From Tubiluchus corallicola (lineage: Eukaryota > Animalia > Priapulida): DNA of 64,000 bases. Below the pieces are notes generated by a model. The model had not been told where the DNA came from, ran no database searches, and saw nothing but the letters and a program-made list of their open reading frames with translations. Location of the stretch: assembly GCA_030141605.1 (NCBI GenBank), contig JAQGDQ010000288.1, positions 194,621 to 258,620 on the forward strand. The letters are read 5' to 3'. Positions within the stretch are counted from its first letter, which is position 1. Every line of letters starts with the position of its first letter. Shown here one piece after another: positions 12,966 through 25,736 of this stretch. Both the position numbers and the translations under genes were made by a program.

Positions 12966-15900
12966 ATGGAGTGCATTAGAGGTGTCTTCTTTACAACAGT
13001 TCTTTTTTGTTTGGCGTTTGTGCTAGGCAAGTATATATCTTTTAGTAAATTAAGTGTTTTATTTGTTTACCATTTACACGTATGTTTTCCCCAAACAACA
13101 CAATCACGGTTTAATTTACAGTTTTACGCATTATGAACCAGTATACTTTCCCGCTGCTTGCACGAATTATACGTGTAGCGAGAGCAAGAAATTCATATAA
13201 AAGCTACAAAGTTTATTACCAACTTTGTCATCTTCGTTGCGTCCTTTTTACCATCTTACATTTCTGTTCTTCAGTGACTTTTACCACACCTGTCTGTCGG
13301 AATTATTAGTTTAGACTAATCAAAAGATGAAACGTAATTATTGTGCTTTATGTTTTAGTAACGCGTGCAAATTTGGTTCATTTCTATGAAATTTTGCCTT
13401 TCCATGGATGTTCTGACGGCCACTGAAATGACAGGGCTTTTGAATGTATAATTTAATAATATATTCCATCAAGTGGCAAAATAGGCACAACGATAGACTT
13501 CTTAATTGAAAGTATTGGTTTGCAAAACTCTATAATTTTCCTACGCGGTACATTTTTTAGGTTTATGAGCAACATTTTTGACTTTCAAACGTTTTAGATT
13601 TTTGTGCAATTTTTTCACATCCATAACACGGGGTATTTGCATTTTTATACTTTTTTACGTATCGTATTCGGACTTTATAGGTTTTAGTATTTATTCGCAC
13701 AGAGTTTTTGTTCAACTTAGTTCACTTCTATTCATTTGGGACACGTAAAACCGTAATACAAACTACTTATAAAATTGAAATAAAATAAAATACAACGTAA
13801 TAAAAATTATAATAACATGCGTAATGTATTTGAGCTTGTTTGGATTTTTTGCAGTTTTTTCACCAAAGCGAGGTCTCCAATCACCCAAACTAAGATTTTT
13901 ACCATACTTACTTCAAAATGGAATATCATCTGAAAAATCGTCACGTTATCCTTTAATTTCATACCAGGACAAAAAGCGTTTCTAGTGGAACTGCTCAAGC
14001 CAGCAAAACAGGCCTATTCTCCACCTCTTTTGTTAATGTGTTTTATCCGGAGCATCCTAGTAAATGCTCAATCCTACACATGCGGTTACTCTTTGAAGTT
14101 TGAACAAAAGTCCGATGTATTGTACTGCGAGCAGTATTAAGTTTTAGTTTTTCTGTTGCTTAGATGCTTCCAAGGTATGCGTGATCTGTGACTCTCTGAC
14201 AAATGACGGGTGTGCAGACCCTCTTCAGTGGAACCAGTACATGAGAAAATACGAGTGCCCGTCTGGAACATGTCGACGAAGCACAAGCGTTGAAAAAATA
14301 GCAGGTATTGGGCATTTTCACACACATCTGTTGCAGCTTATAAGCTTTTTATGGCAAACTGCAACAGGCATTCATTTAGATTTAATAATTTGGTCTAGAC
14401 TAACAAACTTAATAAGGCCACCTTTTATTTGTTTTAATGATACGGGGCAAGCTGCAGTCTCCGCATAACGAAAATGAAAGGGTAATTGACTCTCGGACCA
14501 ATTCCTCGGATATGGCCGCAACAGACGTAGCAACAAATGCTCTAATTGCACATTTTTTGCCATAATTTGATAATATAACGCCTAGCAATTCAGTAGCAGC
14601 AGCAGCTGTAGCAACAGAACTACTAATAGTAGTCGAAATGGTAACGGTAACTGTGAATAAAGTGATGGATGACGTTATTTAACAACAAGTTACCAACCTA
14701 CCAATTTAGTGAAACGCAAAAACGACATTCTTTCAACTCGCCCTCTAGTGATTTTTTTTCGCAGAACTACACCTAAAATCTTCGTTTATTCTAAATCTGC
14801 CACTGAACTCGAATCTGCTGCAATTTTATCTCAGTTAACAAGCAAATAAATCTATATCAGATTTATAATGCATGGCTCTTATAATGTACGCCCGGCACGT
14901 GTAGACGCGGGAAAAATGTTTTAAAAGAAACAAATATAAATTCGAGTTGTGGTGTTAACGTGAAGCATCTGTAGGGCTTTGACATATTGCTTATAATAAC
15001 TAACACTTGAAAGACGAGAACATCAACTTGTTTATATAATTTCCTATTTTACTTGCCTATAACTCGTCTAGGCGGCTCGTCGGAGTTGTTGTTTATTTGC
15101 TTGCGTATTTGCTTGTTTGTTCGTTTGTTTTTCCACTTGTTTTTTTTATTTTACTTGAAATTTTTTCGTAACCTCTTGTCTTTTTATGCAACTTCTTGCA
15201 TGTATTTACTCATTTTTAAATTCGGTTATTTCTCAACCTTTTCACTCTTATCATCGTCATCGTCATCCTCGTCATCATCAGCATCATCATTGTCATCATC
15301 ATCGTTATCCTTATCATCATCATCGTCGTCGTCGTCGTCGTCGTTAACATCATTATCATTATCATCAACAACAGCAAAAAAAACAACAACAACAACAACA
15401 GCAACAATAACAACAACAATACCAACAACAACAGCAACAATAACATTACTAGGGACAATCACGACCATGTTAACATCATCATTATCATGGTTTTCCTCTT
15501 TTTCATTGTTTTCTTTACTGTTTACTGTCGTTGTTCTTGATATTGTTGGTTATGTTTATTTTTTTATTTGATATTATTACATTTTTATCTGTCTGTTCGT
15601 TTTTCTGCTCATTCTGTTTTCGGTATTTTCTTTCTTTTTGCTTACTTGTTTATTTAACCTTTTCATCGACTTCGTTCTGCAACTTTTTGTTCGCAAGAGT
15701 TCCTCCGATGACATTTTCATTGAGAATACCGTTTAGCTGCTTCTGCCAAACTTGATCCTTGCGCAGAACTTGTTAAACCATCAACAAGAGTATTTAGATA
15801 ATCCCTCTTTAAGCTGTTATGTCTTCTTTTCTTTCCATTTCTCACTCGCTGACAGATTAGCAGAGTCTGGTGTCTTGACTTGTCATAACTGCAACACCAC

Positions 15901-18111
15901 AATCTTCTATATGCAAAATCCTTGTTTACTGGAAAGTGTAACGTGAAAGAAATAAAGAACGTGACATGAGTGGAAAATTCACTTCACTTGAGAAACGAAA
16001 ACACTTTTAAACAGAGAAATTAATCATCTGGATGCGTTCTCGTCATCAACATCATCACTAACATCATCATCACCATCATCGTCATCATCACATCATCCTC
16101 TTCATCTCGTCATGGTCATCAGGGGAGGTAATATCTTCATTGTTGCGTTTGTCATTATCAACATCATTATCAGCAACGCTACCTTGTTTTTCATCTTTTT
16201 CCTCTTTTTTATTATTTTTGTGTTTTTTATTTTTGATTGTTCGTCTTGTTGTTTTTGTAATAGCTCGAGAGTTCTTAATTCGTAAAACGGCGTGTGAAAC
16301 TAATTTTCTTATGGCTGACTAATTTTTCTTTGCTTTTAGTTTAGAGTAGACAAAATGGAGACAAAAAATAACAAGAAACACTGTAAGCACTACCCGTCAA
16401 AGGACAATAGACATTGACTTTTTAACGAAGTTTATCTGGTGTTCTTTGGTCTTACTAAAAATGCAATATTCCGATTTTAAGGATTTTCCACAGTGCATGA
16501 GAATTTTTTCTCGGCGCAAATGCCCGACTTTTTTATTATTATTTTATTTTCAATTACTGTTTTATTTTTACTTCAAAACAAAAAAATACATGTCGTAGAT
16601 TACGCTGGCCTATTAATGTTTTTAACCAATAAATCATAAAAAAGTTGATTTTCTTATAAAAGTCTTGCATAAAACATTATCAGACACTATCAAACCTCAG
16701 CAAAGAAAGCTGTTGAGAAATTCCGATAACGAAACTGTGGTTGGAACTATTTTATTTCACAGTATAAATCAAGTTGATCTTGAAATATTGTTTATGCAGT
16801 ACAACGTTGAGCAAAATGACTAAAAACTTAAATTTATTGACAAACAGCTTTCATAAATTTGTCATTTCTTATTTTATTGAATAGTATTCGCGGTGCTTCA
16901 CAGCTAAAGGCATTATGGAATTTGTTCCCTCTCTGGAATCACATCAATATTGTCCAGGACTCTGAACTTTGTTTTCACTTTCATGCAAATCTAACGCGCC
17001 TGTCAGGTTGTCGGATATCAAAATAATTATAGTTGAGATGCATGGAGCATACTACAACTACATGCAAATCTGTAGCTAGCACTGCAATCACTTAGCTCAC
17101 CAATCTACACACGTGTTGAACGCTTTATGCCTTATACAAACACCCGCCGCAAATTTATGGGAAAACCAACCGGGAAGATCTTATCCCGAGTGTTTTAGGC
17201 TGAGCCAGAACTTTGTAGTGTAGTGTAGTGATGCAAATCGCAGCACTAGCTAACTTATAAAGCAAAACAACATTCTAACTGAGGAGTCAAATGGGTGGAT
17301 AAATGAATAAATGAATGAATCAATGGACGAATAAACCAATTAATGAATGAATTACAGGATGAATGAATGAATGAATGAATGAATGAGTGAGTGAGTGAGT
17401 GAGTGAGTGAGTGAGTGAGTGAGTGAGTGAGTGAGTGAGTGAGTGAGTGAGTGAGTGAGTGAGTGAGTGAGTGAGTGGGTGGGTGGGTGTATGGGTTTCG
17501 ATGGATGGATGGATGGATGGATGGATGGATGGATGGATGGATGGATGGATGGATGGATGAATGAATGAATGAGTGAATGAATGAATCGACAAATGAATAA
17601 GTAAATGAACTAAGGCATGAACTGCTGAATGAACTGATACAAAAATAAGTAAAAATGGAAAAATTGATGTGTCTTCTTTTCCTTCTTCTTCTTCTTCTTC
17701 TTCTTCTTCTGTTCCTCTTCTTCTCGTTTTCTCTCATTTTTTTTAAACTCGTTTGTTTCTTTTCGTCTTCTTCTTGTTTTATCTCTTCTTCACATTCTTT
17801 TGTTATTTATTTCCCTTTCTCCATTGATTTTCTGCTTCTACCAAGAAAGTGTAAAGCAATTTTTTTCAGGAAGGCGCCTTGTGATCCGAACGTGCAATCC
17901 AACTCCTGAAAACGCAGGATGTAAGGAGAAGACGGAGATGACTCCGTATGGCAGACTAACCCAGAGAATTTGCTGGTGCAACATTGACATGTGCAATTCT
18001 GGAAACTATTACTGGTTGGATAGCAAAGCTGATTCAAACCGTAATTTTCAAAATGTTGTTTTTGCTGTTTTTGTGGCCACCATAACTAGCGTTTGCAATC
18101 ACTATTCTTGA
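12966..18111 (+). CDS. Ly6/uPAR (three-finger) protein, quiver/sleepless-like, probably GPI-anchored
   Basis: Exons 12966-13026 (signal peptide [20 protein letters not shown], donor AG|GCAAGT), 14164-14304 ([15 protein letters not shown]...ECPSGTCRR) and 17870-18111 (VIRTC...GC...[10 protein letters not shown], then a hydrophobic tail). Both introns are phase 1. There are 10 Cys in LU-domain spacing ending in CxCxxxxCN. Confidence 0.85.
15249..15442. repeat. Compound trinucleotide microsatellite (TCA/TCG)n-(CAA)n
   Basis: Directly visible in intron 2 of the Ly6-like gene. A shorter (TCA)n tract is at ~16040-16105. Confidence 0.9.
17340..17710. repeat. Compound tetranucleotide microsatellite (GAAT)n(GAGT)n(GGAT)n followed by (CTT)n
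   Basis: Directly visible tandem arrays; they account for the low-complexity ORFs at 17255-17909. Confidence 0.9.
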
Positions 18112-21100
18112 TACAGGTCTGAAAATGGCCTGTAAGCTCTTCTACGTTTTTGTTGTCGGCGACGTTTGATATTATTGTTATTTTAATAATTATTATGGTA
18201 ATTACAATCGCTTGCTCGATTTTAAAATGTGTAAATAATGAAAACAATTCTCGGCAATGATTGTGAAAAGTAAAGTGTCTTCAAAGTACTAAGTTTGGTT
18301 CATACTTCCAGTTATTTTAATGAGACAATAGCCGAAGGAGCGTGGTGGTCAGGCGAAATGTCCTGTAGACTAGGATATGTTACAGACCCTCGGACTTTGG
18401 TAATATTTGGTAAAAATCACGTTTTTCACTATCGTTGTGGAAGGCTATAATACGCACTGCTTGTGGCCTGTGTGATTCTACGCTGCATGTCTGTGCTTTC
18501 GAGTACGTAGCGCCATCTAGTGCTTGGTTTATAATAACAAACCGAGTACGAGTACGACCACCATCTAATGCTTGGTTTATAATAACAACCCGAAAACGCA
18601 TTAGGTTTCTAACTACAGTAGTACATTTTCTAGCTAAATTTTGGACGTCTGTTCATACAATGCTGAATTAGGACAATAAAATGTAAAGTAAGAAAAGGAA
18701 AACTGGTAAAATTAATTTTCAATGTTAAGTAACTACTGTGGTTACTTAAATAACGATGCCAAAATTAGTAAGCAAATTTAAATAACACACAGTGCGAATG
18801 TTGGACTAAATGAGTATATACTGAGTATGAAATATTAAAACAAGACTCAGCCACGAATGGACTAGTGAAAAATAATATTGTTAATAAAAGTTCATAAAAT
18901 GATTTACCTATATTTGATCTGACTCTAGGTTTGATGAACTATGCGGCTACTAAACTATGGCAATATGTAAATTAATTCGTTATTATCGTGTTTATTTTAA
19001 TAAAGTTTTTTTAAGTCGTCTGCTTTGTTTTTATGTATATTTTTTAATTCAATTGCAGAGCAGTACCCTGACATGACATATTGTGCGAAGTACGTAGTGA
19101 CCTCTATAGACGGAAAAAGTGCTAACTTTATCAATAGAATCCTACAACAAGGAAAAAGAAAACTTCTTTTTTCTTCAATTATTACGAGATTTCGTTGTCC
19201 CCAATCATGTCATTAAGATTTATTTCCTTTTGTGAGCGTAAGTACTTTGGCACTTTAGTGCATTAGTACATTGCACTAATAATCCATTGACCCATATAAT
19301 CATTTCAGCAAGACAAAGACACACTTTAAAGATAAACAAAAATTTGCAATTCATTTACAAAGTTTTTACAACTACATACATACAGTAGTACAAACTTATA
19401 TTACTTGTATAATACTAAATTGTAAAATGTTTTAACTGGAATAGCTGCTGGCAAAACCTTGCCATGTAAAAATCAGTGAACAAGGAGAGCAGAGAGTATA
19501 AATTATACAAACATTATTGAAAGACGTGACATGAGTTAATTATTAAGAAAACATGTTGATGTTATGATAAAAAAGCAAATGCAAATTCATCATTCTAAGA
19601 AAAGCTGATTGATAGACGTGCATGAAACGTTATTAATGCATGGTTTAGATGTAAACGTACGGCAAGTGAATAATATTATGGACATAAAACGACCTTCGAA
19701 AAGGTTCATATGTTTGATGAATTCAGAAAGCTTGAGAACGAGCAAATCCCACTATTCCATCTCAGGATCTGGATTGCTTGCTCAAGTTTTAAGAAGTGGT
19801 TCCAGCTTCTAGTTCTAAAAACGAATCTAATTCCACTCCCAAACTTACTTTCTGTACTATAAACTTTTTCGTAAATATAATTTCTAAAAGATACCAATAT
19901 CAATTTCTCGAAACTACTAATTTTCTAAAAAAGGGAACGTAGTTCTATTTCAAAGTTCAAGAAAATTATTTCTTCTCTTATCTTCTCGAGTAGTTTGTTT
20001 TTGAAGCAAAGGTGTTAAGACGAAATTAAGGCAATGATTCCTAGCAATACTGTGCACCAATGGCTTTTTATAAGCTACTTTATACCTAGGACGAAAAACA
20101 TAATAGTTGGAAAAAACTAAATAAAACTTGTATAAAACTTTTGGTAAGTCGAGAACAGAATAACTACAAAGTTCTAGTTCGAGTCCCTTTACCGAAATAC
20201 ATGAGCTAGATTCTCTAACTTCTAGGATCCGGGAATTTCACTTAAAGCACAATAAAACACTGTTTTAAATAAAGCTTTAAAAATTCGTTTAGAAATTTTA
20301 TATCACTTACGTGCGGTCTTATTGCATACAGGGTTTGCGTTAGCAGTAACGCTGTATAAAATTTGTGAACTTAAACTCAGCAAAGGCCGTTAGGCACAGC
20401 TATTTTGACGATAAATCGTTTGAAACAAAATTAGATAACATTGCGTAGGGTTTGAGAATTCCCTTTTCGTCCCCCTTTACAGTGCTCGGCTTGTTACAAA
20501 CAAATCAAAATGATCTGCTGCCTGCAACAAAAGCGCTGCAAATGAAGCCCATTTAAAAAATACAATAATACGAGACTACTAGGAAAAAACTAACAAACTA
20601 AAAAATGCAAACGAAATTTAAATTGCGTGTTTGTAAATCGATAGATTTTGAACACTTGTCGAGTGAAATGGTTAAAGTCAAGCTGCATTCACATGTTGAT
20701 AAAAAACACAGTAACGGCAACGGTAAAGCTTGGCAGGCAGAGGCAATTTTATCACTATTTCTAGAATTGGTTCACAAAATAATTACTTTACTGAATATTT
20801 TTTGTGCAGACTACATTTCCTTGCCGTATATATGCAATAGCACCGGTTTCCAGGATGTAGCGGCACTCGTGCATTTCGGACATTGATGGTGACGGTTCAG
20901 GTTTTTCTTCGGAGGACTATGTTACTCGTGCATAATCCAAACGCCCAGGCGTTTGCCTTGACAGGTACTCAAAAATGTTCTTACTACTACACTACAGTAC
21001 TGGAATTTTGTGGCCGCGGCAATTACAACTGTACCTATAATTACCCTTAATCAATTCAGTGTTGTCTTAATCATCGAGTGTATAAAAGAACGTAGCCAAA

Positions 21101-21349
21101 ACAAAGAGTTATTTAATGTAAACTTAAATACATAAAAAAAAACAAATTTTCAGTAACAGTGCCTGCCATTCACTAATAAATAAAATCTCTGCACACAGCT
21201 TCGAATTCACCTTGACACTCAAATAAGGTGCACAGACTCGCGGTCGTGCGGTATTTGGTGCGCGAAAAACAGTGACCAAAAAATTTTATGAATTAAGCAC
21301 ACGATTTATATCACAATAATTGCTATTAAATCACAACATTAGCAGGATC

Positions 21350-22444
21350 TCACTGCTCTGAAACTAACAACATCTCAAACCCTGGTTTCTTTCTACCAAT
21401 GTAATATATGCCGGTTTCGTTACACTCTCTCCACAAGTTACCCAGCGTCGGCTTCGTGTTGGTGAAAATGGGTTCGAATCCAGCAAGGAACTTCTCAAGC
21501 ACTATAAGTGAGATTCGAATCGGATGAAGATTATACGATCCTAATGTGCACCTCCCGTGTGCCGGGGTCTCGTACCATCTCTCGTGCCAGATTAGGATAC
21601 CGTTGTCTTTAAGTGATGTGTAAATGTTCTGCAGGAACTCCAGTGCGTCTTGGACGTGTTCAATGACGTTGATGCTGATCAGAGAATCGAATGCGTGTGG
21701 TCGTGAGAATGCTTCACCAGGTGATGACACGATGGTTGTTGGATAATCAAGGATTTGGCCGTCTTTGTATGTGCACGTGTCAACTCGATTCATGTAAATT
21801 TTAGCCATGGGTTCAACCAATGTAATGTGCTTTACTTTTAATTTAGATCGAATTTGTAGCATGTAATACACCTGAGTGAAAGGTCCAGCTCCAATCTCAG
21901 CAAGATTTCCCAGATGTGTTGGCACGTGACTAAAGCCCACAAAGCCCTCCAGGTGTTCGAACGTGCGATCGCCTTGCTCTCTCCTCTTCGTCCAGGTGTG
22001 CAGCTCCGCCCTTTGCGCTCGCGTCCAGATGAACAAGGGAACCTGGATTATTCCCGTTTCCGGATGTGCAAAGCAAGTGGGAGAGAGATGCGTGTCCGGC
22101 ATGAACTTGTCGTATGTCGCTGTTTGGTTAAGATTTGGACACTTCTTCAAGGTACGCCTGTCCACGTGCAGCTTTTCACAACACCCCTCACCAATGTAAC
22201 TGGGATGACAGAAACAATAATTAAAATACCATCTCCCGTGGGTAGGGCACCCACAGTGGGACCCTGTTGTCTCGTTACGGCTCACCTTTTCCACATAATT
22301 TTCTTCTTCGAGTAATGAATGCGTGCGCACTCGTTGAAATATTAGAACACTGCCCAGAATTGCGAAAAAAATTAACATGAACGCGAAAGCCGCTGAACCA
22401 GGCTTTAGAAAAGCCACTTTCATTTCCTCCCATGACAAAACCAT
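21350..22444 (-). CDS. Type II membrane protein: N-terminal TM helix, EGF-like Cys module and class I SAM-dependent methyltransferase domain
   Basis: 364-aa intronless ORF. TM AAFAFMLIFFAILGSVLIF; Cys module CPTHGRWYFNYCFCHPSYIGEGC; motif I LAEIGAGP; acidic end of beta2 ITLVEP; FDSLISINVIEHVQDALEFLQNIYTSLKDNGILIW is typical of Methyltransf_11/23-type folds. An upstream acceptor tttcag|AG at 22545 implies a 5'UTR intron, with a candidate GTGAGT donor near 23860. Confidence 0.8.
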   Translation of the reverse strand: MVLSWEEMKVAFLKPGSAAFAFMLIFFAILGSVLIFQRVRTHSLLEEENYVEKVSRNETTGSHCGCPTHGRWYFNYCFCHPSYIGEGCCEKLHVDRRTLKKCPNLNQTATYDKFMPDTHLSPTCFAHPETGIIQVPLFIWTRAQRAELHTWTKRREQGDRTFEHLEGFVGFSHVPTHLGNLAEIGAGPFTQVYYMLQIRSKLKVKHITLVEPMAKIYMNRVDTCTYKDGQILDYPTTIVSSPGEAFSRPHAFDSLISINVIEHVQDALEFLQNIYTSLKDNGILIWHERWYETPAHGRCTLGSYNLHPIRISLIVLEKFLAGFEPIFTNTKPTLGNLWRECNETGIYYIGRKKPGFEMLLVSEQ

Positions 22445-22724
22445 AACGCACGTTGTTGAACTCCTGCAGTAAACCAGGAAACTTGGTTGGAAAGCTCTGC
22501 ACTATTGCGAGACTTGTGTTAGAATACCTGCCAGCGTAACGACCTCTGAAAGATAAACAGAAATACTTGGAAAAGTTATTCAAGCCTAACGTTTAGAGCC
22601 TATTGTGCACTGGCATTGTAAAAAAAAGCAGTGAAAAACAAATATAGCAACGTACAGCCGTACACGCAAAAAACTAAAATTTTATTTTAAAACAAGCATC
22701 AGGTTTAGATATCGTCATTTACAC

Positions 22725-23240
22725 ACATACATAATCTTTTTTTAAAGTCGGGTGTACAAGGGAAGAACGTTAGCCAAATAGGCTATAGGCATCATACCGA
22801 CTATAATACACTATGTTAAAAGTTTAATTTTTAACTACTGCTTTTACATACACTACTGCTATGTTAAACGTGCAGTATTACTTAAATTGGAAATAAAATC
22901 CAAAGATGAAAAAACAAAAACGAAAATATGGTACTCTGCAAAATATAAAACAAAATCATACAAGCAAGAATAAAAACAAGACAGTCACAAAAATGAATAA
23001 TAAAAATATTTAAAAAGGTGAGCATCACCTTAATTCTGAGAATATGAAAAGATTATGCGGAGATAAAATGATCAGAAAACACTAAAACTGATTCACTAAA
23101 AATTTTGAAGATACAGAGTACTTGAAAACAATTAAAGCTAATTAGGTAGCACAAGATGATCATCTACATATATCCCCGCTATATTTCTTAATTTGCCTCA
23201 AAAACTATAGTTAGTAACTACGCGCAAATGATATGGCAAT
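22725..23240 (-). mobile_element. Dispersed repeat copy, probably the 3' end of a LINE/SINE with an (ATGT)n tail
   Basis: The block acatacataatcttt..ttaaagtcgggtgtacaa..ttagccaaataggcta..cataccgacta recurs at ~27620-27790 and ~58024-58430. Confidence 0.7.
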
Positions 23241-25598
23241 TCATTCCAAATTTCAGAATACTATTCTAAGTTTCCAAGGAATCCAAATTTAATTTAATTT
23301 TACTTTTACAAGATACAAACCAAATTAATCACAAATATTTGAAAAAAATCATTGTCCAAAATCATTTTAATGTGTATTTACTCACTTAACAAGATAAAAA
23401 AGTAGCTATTCACAAATTTATTGTTATAGTGTATAAAAGAACGCAACCAAAACAAAGTGTTTATGGATGTAAACTTAAATGCAGCCATGATAAAATACTG
23501 ATCTTAAATTTTTCGTTTAACAAAAACAAAGTTTTTGGGTGTCTACGTTTACTTTACACATGTAAAAAGCAAAAATTGTGATCGAGTTCTTAAAATTTTG
23601 AAATTTGTCAATACTTATGAATATTTAATTTCGATCTAACTAATACAAATAACGCAATTAATTAAATGAATTGCTACGTGTTTTTCATTTTAACTTTAAT
23701 CAGCATGCTCTGCATAATTGAGTAGCAGGAATGTATACATGTTCAAACTACACATTGCAAAAAATTAGCATTAAATTTATCACTCTAAAAATATTTCTTT
23801 GGTGTTTTTCGTAACATTACTTTTCAAAAGTCAGCAAAAATAACACGATATTTTTATACTCACCACAAATATTCTCATTAAAAGTCGTTTTTCAAGAACT
23901 TCTTCACAGTCCAGTGAAAAAAAATTCAAAAATACACAAAGTTTTTCTGTCAAACGTTTCTATGTACGTTAGTTTTTTAACGCAACTTTTTTGTTCAAAA
24001 AACTTTTTAAATATTGCAGTAAAACTTCTAAATACATATCACATAAAATATACGAATGATGGCGAGCGCTGGTGAGCTACGAGCTGGAGGGCCCAGACAT
24101 AGCGTAAGAACAAAATAACCCCATCTGACTAAACTGGATATTCTAAATCTAATTTAAAATTTATGGCACGCACTTTCATCACTAAAGCATAAATAGCAGC
24201 ATAACAAGCCTGAAGTTAAAATATTCAAACAGTTGTCTATGTCAGGGATTAATTTGTTGATCTGACCCAAAGGTGCGACCTTTCCGTTCGTGACCCATGA
24301 ACGCAATGTCAGAAAATTCTGAATCAGGCGCCGCGTTTAGACTCGACTAGAGGATTTCCTCTTGAAAGCTCTTTCTGAGTGTAAGCTCGCAAGTGTGAAC
24401 AGCTTTGCGAGTTCTCTCGGCAAGTGCAAACTCTCCAAGAGTTGATGACAGTGTTTCTCGTGAGTTTCCTGCAGACAAGCTCCACAACACTCAGAGAGAA
24501 TTCTCGATAGAAAACGTGCCGTAGTGCACAATTTTAAACCTTTATTTTAATGACTGCGTGGCATATTTTTACGTAGTTCCCTATAGGGAGTACGTCGTGC
24601 TCATATTTATGTACTAAGTTGTACGCTAAACCTTTTTTTTAAATTCCTTTTAACCACAAGAGTTAAAATGTGTGGAATCAGATTGATTTTAACACTGTTA
24701 GCGCCCCCTTGTAATTCATTATTCTGCGCCAGATTATCGGCTTCCAGTCTTTTACTGTTTTGCAAATTTAATCATTTTATTTAATTTATTATATTCAGTT
24801 TTCATGATAATTAAGTAAATAAGCTAAAGGTAACTCGATAATAGAATTACACAGTATCTGTAAAAATTCAAAAAAATCCAAAATAAAAAATTAAAAAATT
24901 TGTAGAGTTATAGACAATACACTATGGCTAAGAAGTCAATTTACTTAATTAACTTAGCCAATATACGAAGCATAAAAATTATAGAAAGATCGAAATAAAG
25001 ACATAAACTAAAGAGAAAAGACGGGTTATAATTTAGAAACGTAAACGGTATATATCCGTACTTACATGTGTCTATCAAGAGTTCAGTTGTGACGTAGTCA
25101 ACATTCTTTTTTCCTAGCTTGTGGAAGTATCGAAGGATTTCCTGTCTATTAAAAGATTATCTGTACTAGACGTTAAATTATTAAGCACTTCATATGTAAC
25201 AGCTCTACCGAGGAAAACTGTTTCAAACAATCTGTTATACAATAAACTTTATAAAGTTGGAGTTTATATTCGTAAAAATCATAATGTTGTAGTCATAGAT
25301 TTTTAAAATTAAAACCGTTTTTGCCTTGTGCCACTGAATGTGCCAAAGCAAAAAGTGCGTGGCAGGGGGATAATCTGTCAATGTACAGGCCTAACTCGTC
25401 TGAGTAGAACATTAAAGAAAAATGTTGCGATGACTTGATTTAATCACTGAAACGGGATTTACGCGCTCTGTTAGTGTTATGAAACTGTGACGTTTGCAGT
25501 AACATTATCATTAACTGCTTTGTTTCTTGTGTTAATTGAGAGCTGTCAGGCGCTATTGAAATAACCTGAAATAAACGGAACTGAACCGAACCGAATTG

Positions 25599-25736
25599 CG
25601 AAAGCGTATTAGGGCCATGATATTCGATTACAGAAAAATCTGGTTATAACCAATTTTTTGCAATCCGACTGTAAAAAAATCTGGTTGTAACTAGTTTTTT
25701 TTTATAATCGGATATCATGGCCCTAACACGCTTTCG
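25599..25736. mobile_element. Small palindromic MITE-like element
   Basis: About 32-bp near-perfect inverted ends (cgaaagcgtattagggccatgatattcgatta / taatcggatatcatggccctaacacgctttcg) enclosing two internal palindromes of the aaaatctggttataacc type. Confidence 0.7.

Noticed and set aside
15053-17909. Poly-S/T/D/L and HS-rich ORFs
   Set aside because: They are translations of tri- and tetranucleotide microsatellites inside the Ly6-like gene intron.
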